The notes under the pieces: model-generated
Told to the model about the DNA's origin: nothing
The model's database searches: none
The model's input: only the letters and a program-made list of their open reading frames with translations
Shown: in pieces, positions 52,359-59,659 of the stretch
Layout: each line of letters begins with the position of its first letter
Position numbering within the stretch: position 1 is the first letter of the stretch
Source: a virus
Lineage: Duplodnaviria; Caudoviricetes
IMG/VR virus record: IMGVR_UViG_3300028591_000071
Length of the DNA: 64,000 bases
Reading direction: 5' to 3' (one strand)
Position numbers and translations under genes: made by a program

Positions 52359-52375
52359 ATATATTATTCTATTTT

Positions 52376-52693
52376 TTACCCTTCATTAACTCTCTTAATC
52401 TTCTTCTTCAATTCTTCAATATCCTTCTTAATCTCGTCAATAAGGTCTTCGTCAGCACCTTCTTCGTGAAGCATGCTAAGTACCTTGCTGAGACCGAGAA
52501 ATTCACCCTTCAATATCTCCTCAACCTCCCCGTCGGAAGATACCATCTCGTTATTCATCAGTCGCTCGATATCGCGTTTCTTATCCTCGAACGCCGCCCT
52601 CATCTTATGAAGTTCATGTATCTTCGCCTCCTTGTAGGCAGCATAACACCCTGCCACCATGCAAATCAAAAATCCTATCAATATCCAAATCAT
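52376..52693 (-). CDS. membrane-anchored coiled-coil protein
   Basis: N-terminal TM. Confidence 0.6.
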   Translation of the reverse strand: MIWILIGFLICMVAGCYAAYKEAKIHELHKMRAAFEDKKRDIERLMNNEMVSSDGEVEEILKGEFLGLSKVLSMLHEEGADEDLIDEIKKDIEELKKKIKRVNEG

Positions 52694-52696
52694 AAT

Positions 52697-53488
52697 TTAA
52701 TAATTCAATTTTATTCTTTCAAGTTCACTGTCGTCCATCACCCTTATCGCCGAACTTGGTATCGGTTCAAACGTAAAGATAGAATTTTTCCATCTTGCAT
52801 CAAAGAAGAACGACTGCTTCTTGTTTAACTTATTTAAATCAACTTCCACCACAACCGGCGGAGCGTTATCACCTTTCATTAAGTTCAGGTCATATGCTTG
52901 TTCCTTGGACGGGATATCTGCCCTGAAATAAATCCTCGGCTCATTATCAAACCCGGGTGTCTTTGATTTCTTCGGCACTAACCCCTGACCCAATATTTTT
53001 TTCTTCAGTCTTGACGATGTTACGTGATAAATCTTATCTGTCATATTGAGAAGTTGCCCAACAGTAAACCTGTCACCAAACTTCTTTTCAAACATATATT
53101 CAATATTATCGCCATTGCCATCTGTTCTGTAATTAAACCAACCATATTTCAGCATATGTGCGTTTATCTTGTCAAACAACTCGCTTCCCCTTGGTAATGT
53201 AACCACTATAATTTCGCCAGTCCCGTTTGGCTTTGATATCCTTATATTGCCGTTCGGTTCATTTTCCTTTCCTCGCATAGAATCAATCGTATCCTTCCAT
53301 TTCCCGTTTATCGAAAGCCCGTTATGCTCTGCTATGGAATCTATAACCGATTCTGTCGGGTAGGTAGTTATTAACCCTTCTTTTATCAGCAATGGCCTTT
53401 TTTCAACCATCACATCGAAAAGAGTGTGGGATGTTACATTCTCCCCTATTCTCTCCATAAGGGAAAGTATTTTGTATAACTCATCCAT
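52697..53488 (-). CDS. ADP-ribosyltransferase/Tpt1-fold protein
   Basis: IYHVTS..IL.QGL.P..RIYF..VEVD..FTFEPIP..AI. Confidence 0.55.
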   Translation of the reverse strand: MDELYKILSLMERIGENVTSHTLFDVMVEKRPLLIKEGLITTYPTESVIDSIAEHNGLSINGKWKDTIDSMRGKENEPNGNIRISKPNGTGEIIVVTLPRGSELFDKINAHMLKYGWFNYRTDGNGDNIEYMFEKKFGDRFTVGQLLNMTDKIYHVTSSRLKKKILGQGLVPKKSKTPGFDNEPRIYFRADIPSKEQAYDLNLMKGDNAPPVVVEVDLNKLNKKQSFFFDARWKNSIFTFEPIPSSAIRVMDDSELERIKLNY

Positions 53489-53501
53489 TTCCTATAATTT
53501 G

Positions 53502-53573
53502 TAGCCCCAATGCGACTCGAACGCATATTGTAGGTTTAGGAAACCTAAGTTCTATCCCTTGAACTATGGGACC
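53502..53573 (-). tRNA. tRNA-Arg(CCT)
   Basis: cloverleaf, A20. Confidence 0.88.
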
Positions 53574-53676
53574 ATATCATTCAGCAACAGTTTACACTTA
53601 GCTTATCGGCAACGCCCTTCTCCTGTCCGGGACTTACTCGCCTTGCGTGTCGTTAATACGCATATCGCTGAATTTG

Positions 53677-53751
53677 AGCCCTCGGTCGGATTCGAACCAA
53701 CACCTCTGCCATACCACAGCAGCGTACTCAGCCATTAAATACTACGAGGGC
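53677..53751 (-). tRNA. tRNA-Thr(GGT)
   Basis: cloverleaf. Confidence 0.82.
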
Positions 53752-53757
53752 TTCTCG

Positions 53758-53828
53758 TTGAAGGCAGAGGAATCGAACCTCTATTCTGGGAACCAAAATC
53801 CCATGTCTTACCTTTAGACGAGCCTTCA
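53758..53828 (-). tRNA. tRNA-Gln(TTG)
   Basis: cloverleaf. Confidence 0.9.
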
Positions 53829-53837
53829 ATACCTTGC

Positions 53838-53957
53838 AGGAATAGCGGGATTCGAGCCCGCGAGTGGTGATTAACTCCACATCCTTCCGTCAGCATGACA
53901 TCTGAGCCTTTATGCGCAATATTATGCTCAGCCGCTATTATATCTATCCCTTATTCC
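53838..53957 (-). ncRNA. degenerate tRNA-like RNA
   Basis: GGAATA/TATTCC stem, T-arm and variable hairpin; 5' half aberrant. Confidence 0.35.
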
Positions 53958-54001
53958 AACGGATTCCAACCGTATATCGGTAATCACTTCCGATATTAGC
54001 G

Positions 54002-54075
54002 TACCTCGGATGCGATTCGAACGCATGACCTACAGATTAGAAGTCTGTTGCACTATCCAGCTGCGCTACCGAGGC
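54002..54075 (-). tRNA. tRNA-Arg(TCT)
   Basis: cloverleaf. Confidence 0.92.
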
Positions 54076-54080
54076 ATAAA

Positions 54081-54510
54081 TAACCTATTATGTGCTTTTA
54101 CGCTTAATGCTCCAACGGCGGTTTCACAGACATTCCAGTGAATCAATTAACCTAGCGTTGATTCCGCGCCCATCATCCTCATGAATGGTACGCCATGGCT
54201 ATCGAGTAGCCACTTAAGGTTAAGTGCTCGTTCCTCCCGTACTGGGGCACCTTATCTGTCTTACCTGTCTCCGACTCCCATAATATCCTTCACGAAACCG
54301 AGGAACGGCGGGCATTTCAGCCCGTCCTTTAAAACGGCCCATCCGGTATTGGTGCTTATGACTCCGTGCGGCGTCGCATGGCGTGTAGGTTCACTACCAT
54401 ACTGTGTTCTTGAGACCACCACTATTCGCCGCGTGTACCTGTCGGCATAGTCTCTTCCGCTCGCAACTCCTTAGCTGATGGCTGCTTCCAAGCCTACAGT
54501 TAATAGGTTA
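54081..54510 (-). ncRNA. 430-nt RNA mimicking 23S rRNA H43/H44 (L11-binding GTPase centre)
   Basis: 10-bp closing stem; GTAGGCTTGGAAGCAGCCATCAGCTAAGGAGT ... AAGCGTAAAAGCACAT. Confidence 0.7.
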
Positions 54511-54572
54511 TAAAATATTTCAATGAACTTCTTTTTATACTTCAAATATCGTGCCAACACACACAAATTTTG

Positions 54573-54647
54573 TGGCCCCGACGGGACTCGAACCCGTAAC
54601 CCACTGTTTAAGAGACAGTTGCGCTCAACCAATTGCGCCACAAGGCC
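54573..54647 (-). tRNA. tRNA-Lys(CTT)
   Basis: cloverleaf. Confidence 0.9.
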
Positions 54648-54654
54648 ATATTTG

Positions 54655-54775
54655 TTGATGGCTACGGATTCGAACCGCCCCCCGTTCTCCATAAGAAATA
54701 GCGAATAAATTGCTGTCTGTTTCCATGTCTGTAAACGGTTTTTGCATTCGTGTGCTACCACTACACTAACCATCA
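54655..54775 (-). ncRNA. tRNA scaffold with ACAGCAA insertion
   Basis: TGATGGT/GCCATCA acceptor; insert GGAAACAGACAGCAATTT. Confidence 0.6.
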
Positions 54776-54787
54776 AATTTCAAGTCG

Positions 54788-54916
54788 TTGCGAGTGAAAG
54801 AGTCGAACTTCCCCTAGTCCCTTATGATGGAGTTTTTGCTTGTAAAATTTGCTGTATAATCTCCTACTCGGAAATCGGATGCATTTTTTACCGTGCTACC
54901 GCTACACTAACTCGCA
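54788..54916 (-). ncRNA. tRNA scaffold with ACAGCAA insertion
   Basis: TGCGAGT/ACTCGCA acceptor; GATTTCC..GGAGATT then ATACAGCAAATTT. Confidence 0.6.
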
Positions 54917-54926
54917 ATATTTTTTG

Positions 54927-55000
54927 TACCCTCGAAGGGACTCGAACCCCCAACCTCTTGGTTCGTAGCCAAGTGCTCTAATCCATTGAGCTACGAGAGC
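54927..55000 (-). tRNA. tRNA-Arg(ACG)
   Basis: cloverleaf. Confidence 0.92.
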
Positions 55001-55096
55001 ATTTTGACAGGCGAAGCTAACCTGTCCACGGATTCCCTACAGGCGCCCGGGTTCCGCAATGGAGATGTTCACGCCCCTTCATCATCCAATTAAAGC

Positions 55097-55420
55097 TTAC
55101 TTTTTCATTTTCCTATAATATTCATCGTCAATCCTTTCGATATAATCCAACGGTGATTCCCCTTCCTTGAGGGTGTGAATCTTGTCAAATCCCGCATCTT
55201 CTGTTATCATCGACTCTTCAGGTCTGATGCTTCCCTTGTACTTCCCGTAGTTGGATGTCTCAAATGACTTTGTCGCAGGATTGTAATCTCCCCAACTTGT
55301 CTTTTCCTTTCCATCTATGGGTTCAACAAAATAAGTCTTTCCCGTTTTCGACGACTTGACGATGAATCTTCCTGTATCATCTCGGTTCATTAAGAACCGC
55401 TTTGTAAAATCTTTATCCAT
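55097..55420 (-). CDS. conserved hypothetical protein
   Basis: TGRF.V.S.KTGK.YFVEPI, WGD.NPAT motifs. Confidence 0.65.
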   Translation of the reverse strand: MDKDFTKRFLMNRDDTGRFIVKSSKTGKTYFVEPIDGKEKTSWGDYNPATKSFETSNYGKYKGSIRPEESMITEDAGFDKIHTLKEGESPLDYIERIDDEYYRKMKK

Positions 55421-55422
55421 AG

Positions 55423-55597
55423 TGACCCCTGCGGGGCTCGAACCCGCGACCCCGACATTAGAACCGTTAACGGGACTTGCACCCGTGCCTCACCTGTTTC
55501 CCAAGTGTTTCCCACTGCTCGAATTCTAACGGTTTGGTTCGTTACGGTGAACCACTCCTTATAAAGTGTCGTGCTCTACCAACTGAGCTAAGAGGTC
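55423..55597 (-). tRNA. tRNA-Lys(TTT) with 102-nt intron (55461-55562)
   Basis: removing the insert restores CGACA CT TTT AA TGTCG. Confidence 0.85.
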
Positions 55598-55602
55598 TTT
55601 CC

Positions 55603-56298
55603 TTATTTTTTAATACCGTATCTTTTTATCCACTTATCAACTGTATGGTACGAAACCCCAAAAATTTTAGCAATCTTATTAACAGATTCTGTTTCCATCA
55701 TTTCCAATAAATCTTTCTTCTGCGGGGGCTCTATCTTCCTCTGTTTTTTTCTAGCACAAGAAGCACAAAGACCGCTTTTTGACCACCTACTGATTTCTTT
55801 ACCACACTCAGTACATTTTTTAGTTGTTTTCTTTTTGATTTTTTTACCTCTATAATTTTCTGTTTTTGCGTGGCAATTTGGACAAAGTAGCGCTAGGTTT
55901 GATAAATCGTTATTGAAATGGTTTCCATCTTTATGGTGCAATTCTAATGGTATCTTGTCGCCCATCCATTCCGTATTTTTACAGCACTCACACTTCCATT
56001 CCTTTAAATTTTCCTTTATTAATTTTCCTAATAAAGTAGAACTTTTAACATAAGAATTTTTAACATATTCATCAAAAGTTTTTTCTTTGTTGGTGTTCAA
56101 ACGATTACCAATGTTACTTTTGATGCCATCAAAATGTGAAGTGTCTAGGTTATATTCCTTTTCATATTTATGAAAAATCTTATAATTGTCACCTCTCGGA
56201 ACCCACCCAACTGCACGACAAAAATCAGCAATTGACTTACATTTCTTTACTATCTCCGTTGCTTCTTCTTTACTTATCTTGTTTTTCCTCGCATACAT
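55603..56298 (-). CDS. HNH homing endonuclease
   Basis: CECC..W....LELHHKDGN..NN...L..LCPNCH; C-terminal HTH. Confidence 0.85.
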   Translation of the reverse strand: MYARKNKISKEEATEIVKKCKSIADFCRAVGWVPRGDNYKIFHKYEKEYNLDTSHFDGIKSNIGNRLNTNKEKTFDEYVKNSYVKSSTLLGKLIKENLKEWKCECCKNTEWMGDKIPLELHHKDGNHFNNDLSNLALLCPNCHAKTENYRGKKIKKKTTKKCTECGKEISRWSKSGLCASCARKKQRKIEPPQKKDLLEMMETESVNKIAKIFGVSYHTVDKWIKRYGIKK

Positions 56299-56373
56299 AA
56301 CTACATATATTTTATATATAAATAGTTGTTTTAAACCAAAAAGTAAACATTTTTATTTCAAAGAACTATTTTG

Positions 56374-56445
56374 TGCTCCCATCCAGACTCGAACTGGAAC
56401 CCCTGGATTAAAAGTCCAGTTGACTAACCTTTATCCTATGAGAGC
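56374..56445 (-). tRNA. tRNA-Lys(TTT), intronless
   Basis: cloverleaf. Confidence 0.8.
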
Positions 56446-56719
56446 TTTACCGACACCATATAATGGTTTAATTTAATTACCTATAGCCAAATGGTGTCTA
56501 TTTGTTGGCTCTCACATTTAAGAGTCAACTATTAATGCTTTTGTTTACCGTGTTTCATCGTCTTCATATATCTTAATAAATTTGTTTTCGCACTACTGCT
56601 TCTGTTAAAGATGAAGTCAGCAAGATTCTTTGCAAATATACGAACTTATTTTCAAATTCCAAAATATCTACTTTTCTTTAGATATTCGTCAATTATCTAA
56701 TATATGCTCGATAATTTTG

Positions 56720-56792
56720 TGGTGCGGGGCAGAGTTGAACTGCCGACACTTAGATTTTCAGTCTAATGCTCTACCAGCTGAGCTACCGCACC
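56720..56792 (-). tRNA. tRNA-Phe(GAA)
   Basis: cloverleaf. Confidence 0.92.
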
Positions 56793-56797
56793 ATATT

Positions 56798-56983
56798 TCA
56801 TTCTTGGAACGGGGTCTTTTGACCCTTCATATACGCCCTGTAATACAACCTTTGTGTGCCCGTGATATTTTCATACCACTCGTCAAAGTATTTGTAATAC
56901 TTTTTTAATACATTGTACCTAAATTCGTTCCAAAGGTACTCTTTCAATAAATCGTTATGCCCCGCTTTCCATATTACTATCAT
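56798..56983 (-). CDS. hypothetical protein
   Basis: fills the gap between two tRNAs on the same strand. Confidence 0.5.
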   Translation of the reverse strand: MIVIWKAGHNDLLKEYLWNEFRYNVLKKYYKYFDEWYENITGTQRLYYRAYMKGQKTPFQE

Positions 56984-56994
56984 TTATAAATTTG

Positions 56995-57068
56995 AGTATG
57001 TGGCAGGATTCGAACCTGCGAATGGAGGGGTTGCGGCCCTCTGCGTTAGACCACTTCACCACACATAC
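56995..57068 (-). tRNA. tRNA-Cys(GCA)
   Basis: cloverleaf, U73. Confidence 0.88.
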
Positions 57069-57086
57069 ATATTTCAATGAACTAAA

Positions 57087-57161
57087 TGGCAGGAGTAGAA
57101 AGACTCGAACTCTCATCAAAGGTTTTGGAGACCCTTATGCTAACCATTACACCATACTCCT
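57087..57161 (-). tRNA. tRNA-Trp(CCA)
   Basis: cloverleaf, G73, CCA encoded. Confidence 0.92.
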
Positions 57162-57166
57162 ATTTG

Positions 57167-57242
57167 CGGGGACAACCGGTTTCGAACCGATGCCTTCTGC
57201 TCTTCAGGCAGACGCGCAACCACCAACCTACGCAATATCCCC
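57167..57242 (-). tRNA. tRNA-Phe(GAA), atypical second copy
   Basis: cloverleaf with G37 and G73. Confidence 0.7.
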
Positions 57243-57250
57243 AATTTTGC

Positions 57251-57325
57251 TTGTGGTGGATGAATCGAACATCCGTCTCCATGTGTCTTTCGACTAAGCG
57301 TCCTGTACCACTAGACGACCCACAA
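57251..57325 (-). pseudogene. degenerate tRNA-like element
   Basis: D and T arms present; anticodon arm replaced by GTC GAAA GAC. Confidence 0.35.
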
Positions 57326-57365
57326 GTTTTGACAGTTTTTGGCATGCCACTGACAAACCGACAGG

Positions 57366-57442
57366 TACTGGGGACGGGACTCGAACCCGCATTTACCGAC
57401 TTGAAAGGCCGATTACCTCAATCCAATTAGTAGACCCCAGCA
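57366..57442 (-). tRNA. tRNA-Glu(TTC), second copy
   Basis: cloverleaf. Confidence 0.8.
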
Positions 57443-57628
57443 TTTTATATTTCAATCAACTCTTCAAAAACCATGCCAAACTAAAAACTGGTCCCTACCA
57501 TTCGCCAGTGGTCATTGCAGGCCAACTCTTGTTCCCAGAGTGCATTGCAGCACTAACATATCTTTGCAGACTTTTCGGGACCTGTTTATTACGGTTCTTA
57601 TATATCAAATATCGTGCCAAACTTAAAA

Positions 57629-57676
57629 TAAAAAAACCTCTGATTTTGTTTTTGATTGGGAAACTTGTCAGAGGTT
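57629..57676 (-). terminator. attenuator-like terminator upstream of the tRNA array
   Basis: AACCTCTGA/TCAGAGGTT stem followed by a T-tract. Confidence 0.6.
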
Positions 57677-57733
57677 GGGAATATGTTGTGGTTAGAAACC
57701 TATGTGGTGCGTTTTAATCGTCCTGCTACTCGC

Positions 57734-57865
57734 TCAACTATTCCGCCTCTGCAAAAAGGGCTTTTCAATTCTACCTTCTGATGCTACGAGACATGCCCAA
57801 CCGCGATAGTTTTTATCACTATCGTGCCTTTGGGTAAAGATATTTGTAAACTGCATCGAAGTCAT
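57734..57865 (-). CDS. 43-aa leader peptide containing all 20 amino acids
   Basis: MTSMQFTNIFTQRHDSDKNYRGWACLVASEGRIEKPFLQRRNS*. Confidence 0.55.
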   Translation of the reverse strand: MTSMQFTNIFTQRHDSDKNYRGWACLVASEGRIEKPFLQRRNS

Positions 57866-57969
57866 AAGTCCTCTTTGTTATTATTTTAGATTTCTGCTTT
57901 TAATTCACATATAAATATAACATTTTCGAGAAAAAATTACTTTTTTACCTCAAAAATGTTAAAAATTTG

Positions 57970-58470
57970 TGCCAGATTCGGGATTCGAACCCGAGAAGCC
58001 CCACATGTGGGGGTCGTACTCCGTAGGGTTCCGTGGTTACCACGGGCCTTCGCGTCGCTCCGACATAATAAAGACAAAAGAACAGGACTCCTGACTACCT
58101 GCAAATCCTAATCCAAAGCGCGTTATTCAGCCACACTCACAACCGTTAGCTACTCGATTGCTTAACGAGTGGGAGGAATGCTTACCTCCAAGCGGATACA
58201 GCCATCATGAGCCTACTACGATTTGTCCGCTTCTTACGACCCTCACGGTTGGCCAACCGTGGGTGTTTCAGCCTTACGCTTCTTCAGACCTCTAACCGCC
58301 CCCGCCGCTTTTCAGCGGACGGATGTGTACCTTACGGGCAGGCTACCCGTTGTTCGGTCATCTTCGTCTTTATTGTAGTTACAAAGAACTCCCGTGATGT
58401 TTAGCGTCCACCACGACGACGGAATCCTAAACCACTTGGTGATATTTAAAGTCGCTACCAAGACGACTTG
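57970..58470 (-). ncRNA. candidate ~500-nt ncRNA ending in a tRNA-like T-arm
   Basis: GC-rich hairpins; 3' end TCGGG TTCGAAT CCCGA ATCTGGCA. Confidence 0.45.
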
Positions 58471-58537
58471 TCTAATGGTAAATTTGCCTTCTTTTCTATA
58501 AATATATATTAACTTTTACTAAAAATCAAATATTTTT

Positions 58538-58753
58538 TCACTTTTTTTCATATAATTCATCAATTTTCTGCAAAATTTCGCCCAAATATGCAGAAATTTC
58601 TGCCCCGCCATCAAGAAGAATTTCTTTTGCTTCGTCAATATTTTCCTTCTCAATAGCCTTTTTAGCATTGTATTCCATTTTGTCAATAACCACGCTTGCA
58701 CAGGCAAGTCGGTCGCCTGCAAGATTCTTAATCGTTAAAATTCTCTCATCCAT
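58538..58753 (-). CDS. hypothetical protein
   Basis: ORF after the suppressor tRNA. Confidence 0.5.
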   Translation of the reverse strand: MDERILTIKNLAGDRLACASVVIDKMEYNAKKAIEKENIDEAKEILLDGGAEISAYLGEILQKIDELYEKK

Positions 58754-58772
58754 AATATATTCTAAAAATTTG

Positions 58773-58845
58773 TGGTACATACAGGACTTGAACCCGTGCT
58801 TATCGGTTTTAGAGACCGTCGTGCAAACCGCTACACCAATGTACC
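58773..58845 (-). tRNA. amber suppressor tRNA (CTA)
   Basis: GGTACAT/ATGTACC acceptor, CGGT CT CTA AA ACCG, T-arm. Confidence 0.85.
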
Positions 58846-58882
58846 AATTTGGGGCAGTTAAGGAAGCCCCATCTCCTTCTCG

Positions 58883-59179
58883 TTACTTAACAGTCTGTAA
58901 GTTCTTAAACAGTTCCCCCGAATCGTCCCTGCACGCAAGAGCGGTAATTGAGTTATTCAAATCGGGCTCTTTGAAGACCGAGTATGAAACTCCCATCTTT
59001 GAAAGGCGTGAGGCCCATCGGTCAACATCGGCGTACAGGTAAATCAGGAATTCGTTGTTCCAAGTCTGATTTGGGTTTTCAAGCATCCATTGTGCGAGTG
59101 CGTGGCCACCCTGAACACAGCCATATATCGGATTAAGCTTTTTGTTCACAAGGACATACAATCGCTTCGATGTGTTCAT
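58883..59179 (-). CDS. peptidyl-tRNA hydrolase 2-like protein
   Basis: RLYVLV...VQGGHA..W..F.EPDL...TALA. Confidence 0.7.
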   Translation of the reverse strand: MNTSKRLYVLVNKKLNPIYGCVQGGHALAQWMLENPNQTWNNEFLIYLYADVDRWASRLSKMGVSYSVFKEPDLNNSITALACRDDSGELFKNLQTVK

Positions 59180-59582
59180 AGTCAAATTTTTTGATTTTCT
59201 GCCCCCAAAAGTTCTCTTTCTCTTCATATGGCAATTTATAACCGTACTGTTCCAAGTACTTATTTATTTCGCTCAGATAAAGGCACAGAGGGTGCTTTCC
59301 CCTAAGTTCCAAAGGAACATATGCAAAACGGTCATCATCTCCCATAATGGGCTTTGCTGCAGATTCCGTTACTTCAAATGGCTTTCCCCTCATGAGGCCA
59401 TACGCTGCGTACATCGCTCTAAGGGTTTCCTTATTTGACCTTACATATTCCGCAGCCACCAATGGGTGGACTGTCGCATTTTCAGGACGGCCATTAACGG
59501 TCTTTCTCTGTGGCTTTAATTCTTTCTGCTCTTTTTCTAACTTGGCAATTTCCTGCCTGAATTCTTTAATTTTCTCGTTCAT
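59133..59582 (-). CDS. hypothetical protein upstream of Pth2
   Basis: operon ORF; R..Y.AYGLMRGK motif. Confidence 0.65.
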   Translation of the reverse strand: MNEKIKEFRQEIAKLEKEQKELKPQRKTVNGRPENATVHPLVAAEYVRSNKETLRAMYAAYGLMRGKPFEVTESAAKPIMGDDDRFAYVPLELRGKHPLCLYLSEINKYLEQYGYKLPYEEKENFWGQKIKKFDYEHIEAIVCPCEQKA

Positions 59583-59659
59583 GATTTTGTTTCTTTATAT
59601 TCAATTATTTAATTTGTTTTTCACATACTAACTAACCCAACATAATGATACAAAACCAC

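Noticed and set aside
54465-54499. True rRNA gene
   Set aside because: Only H43/H44 match, with no flanking 23S sequence; reported as a mimic instead
46791-55562. The four short tRNA inserts as group I or archaeal BHB introns
   Set aside because: Too short, end in C rather than G, no P7 core, and no bulge-helix-bulge visible
40832-58404. Many 60-150 aa ORFs overlapping tRNA and ncRNA genes
   Set aside because: Spurious translations of structured RNA genes
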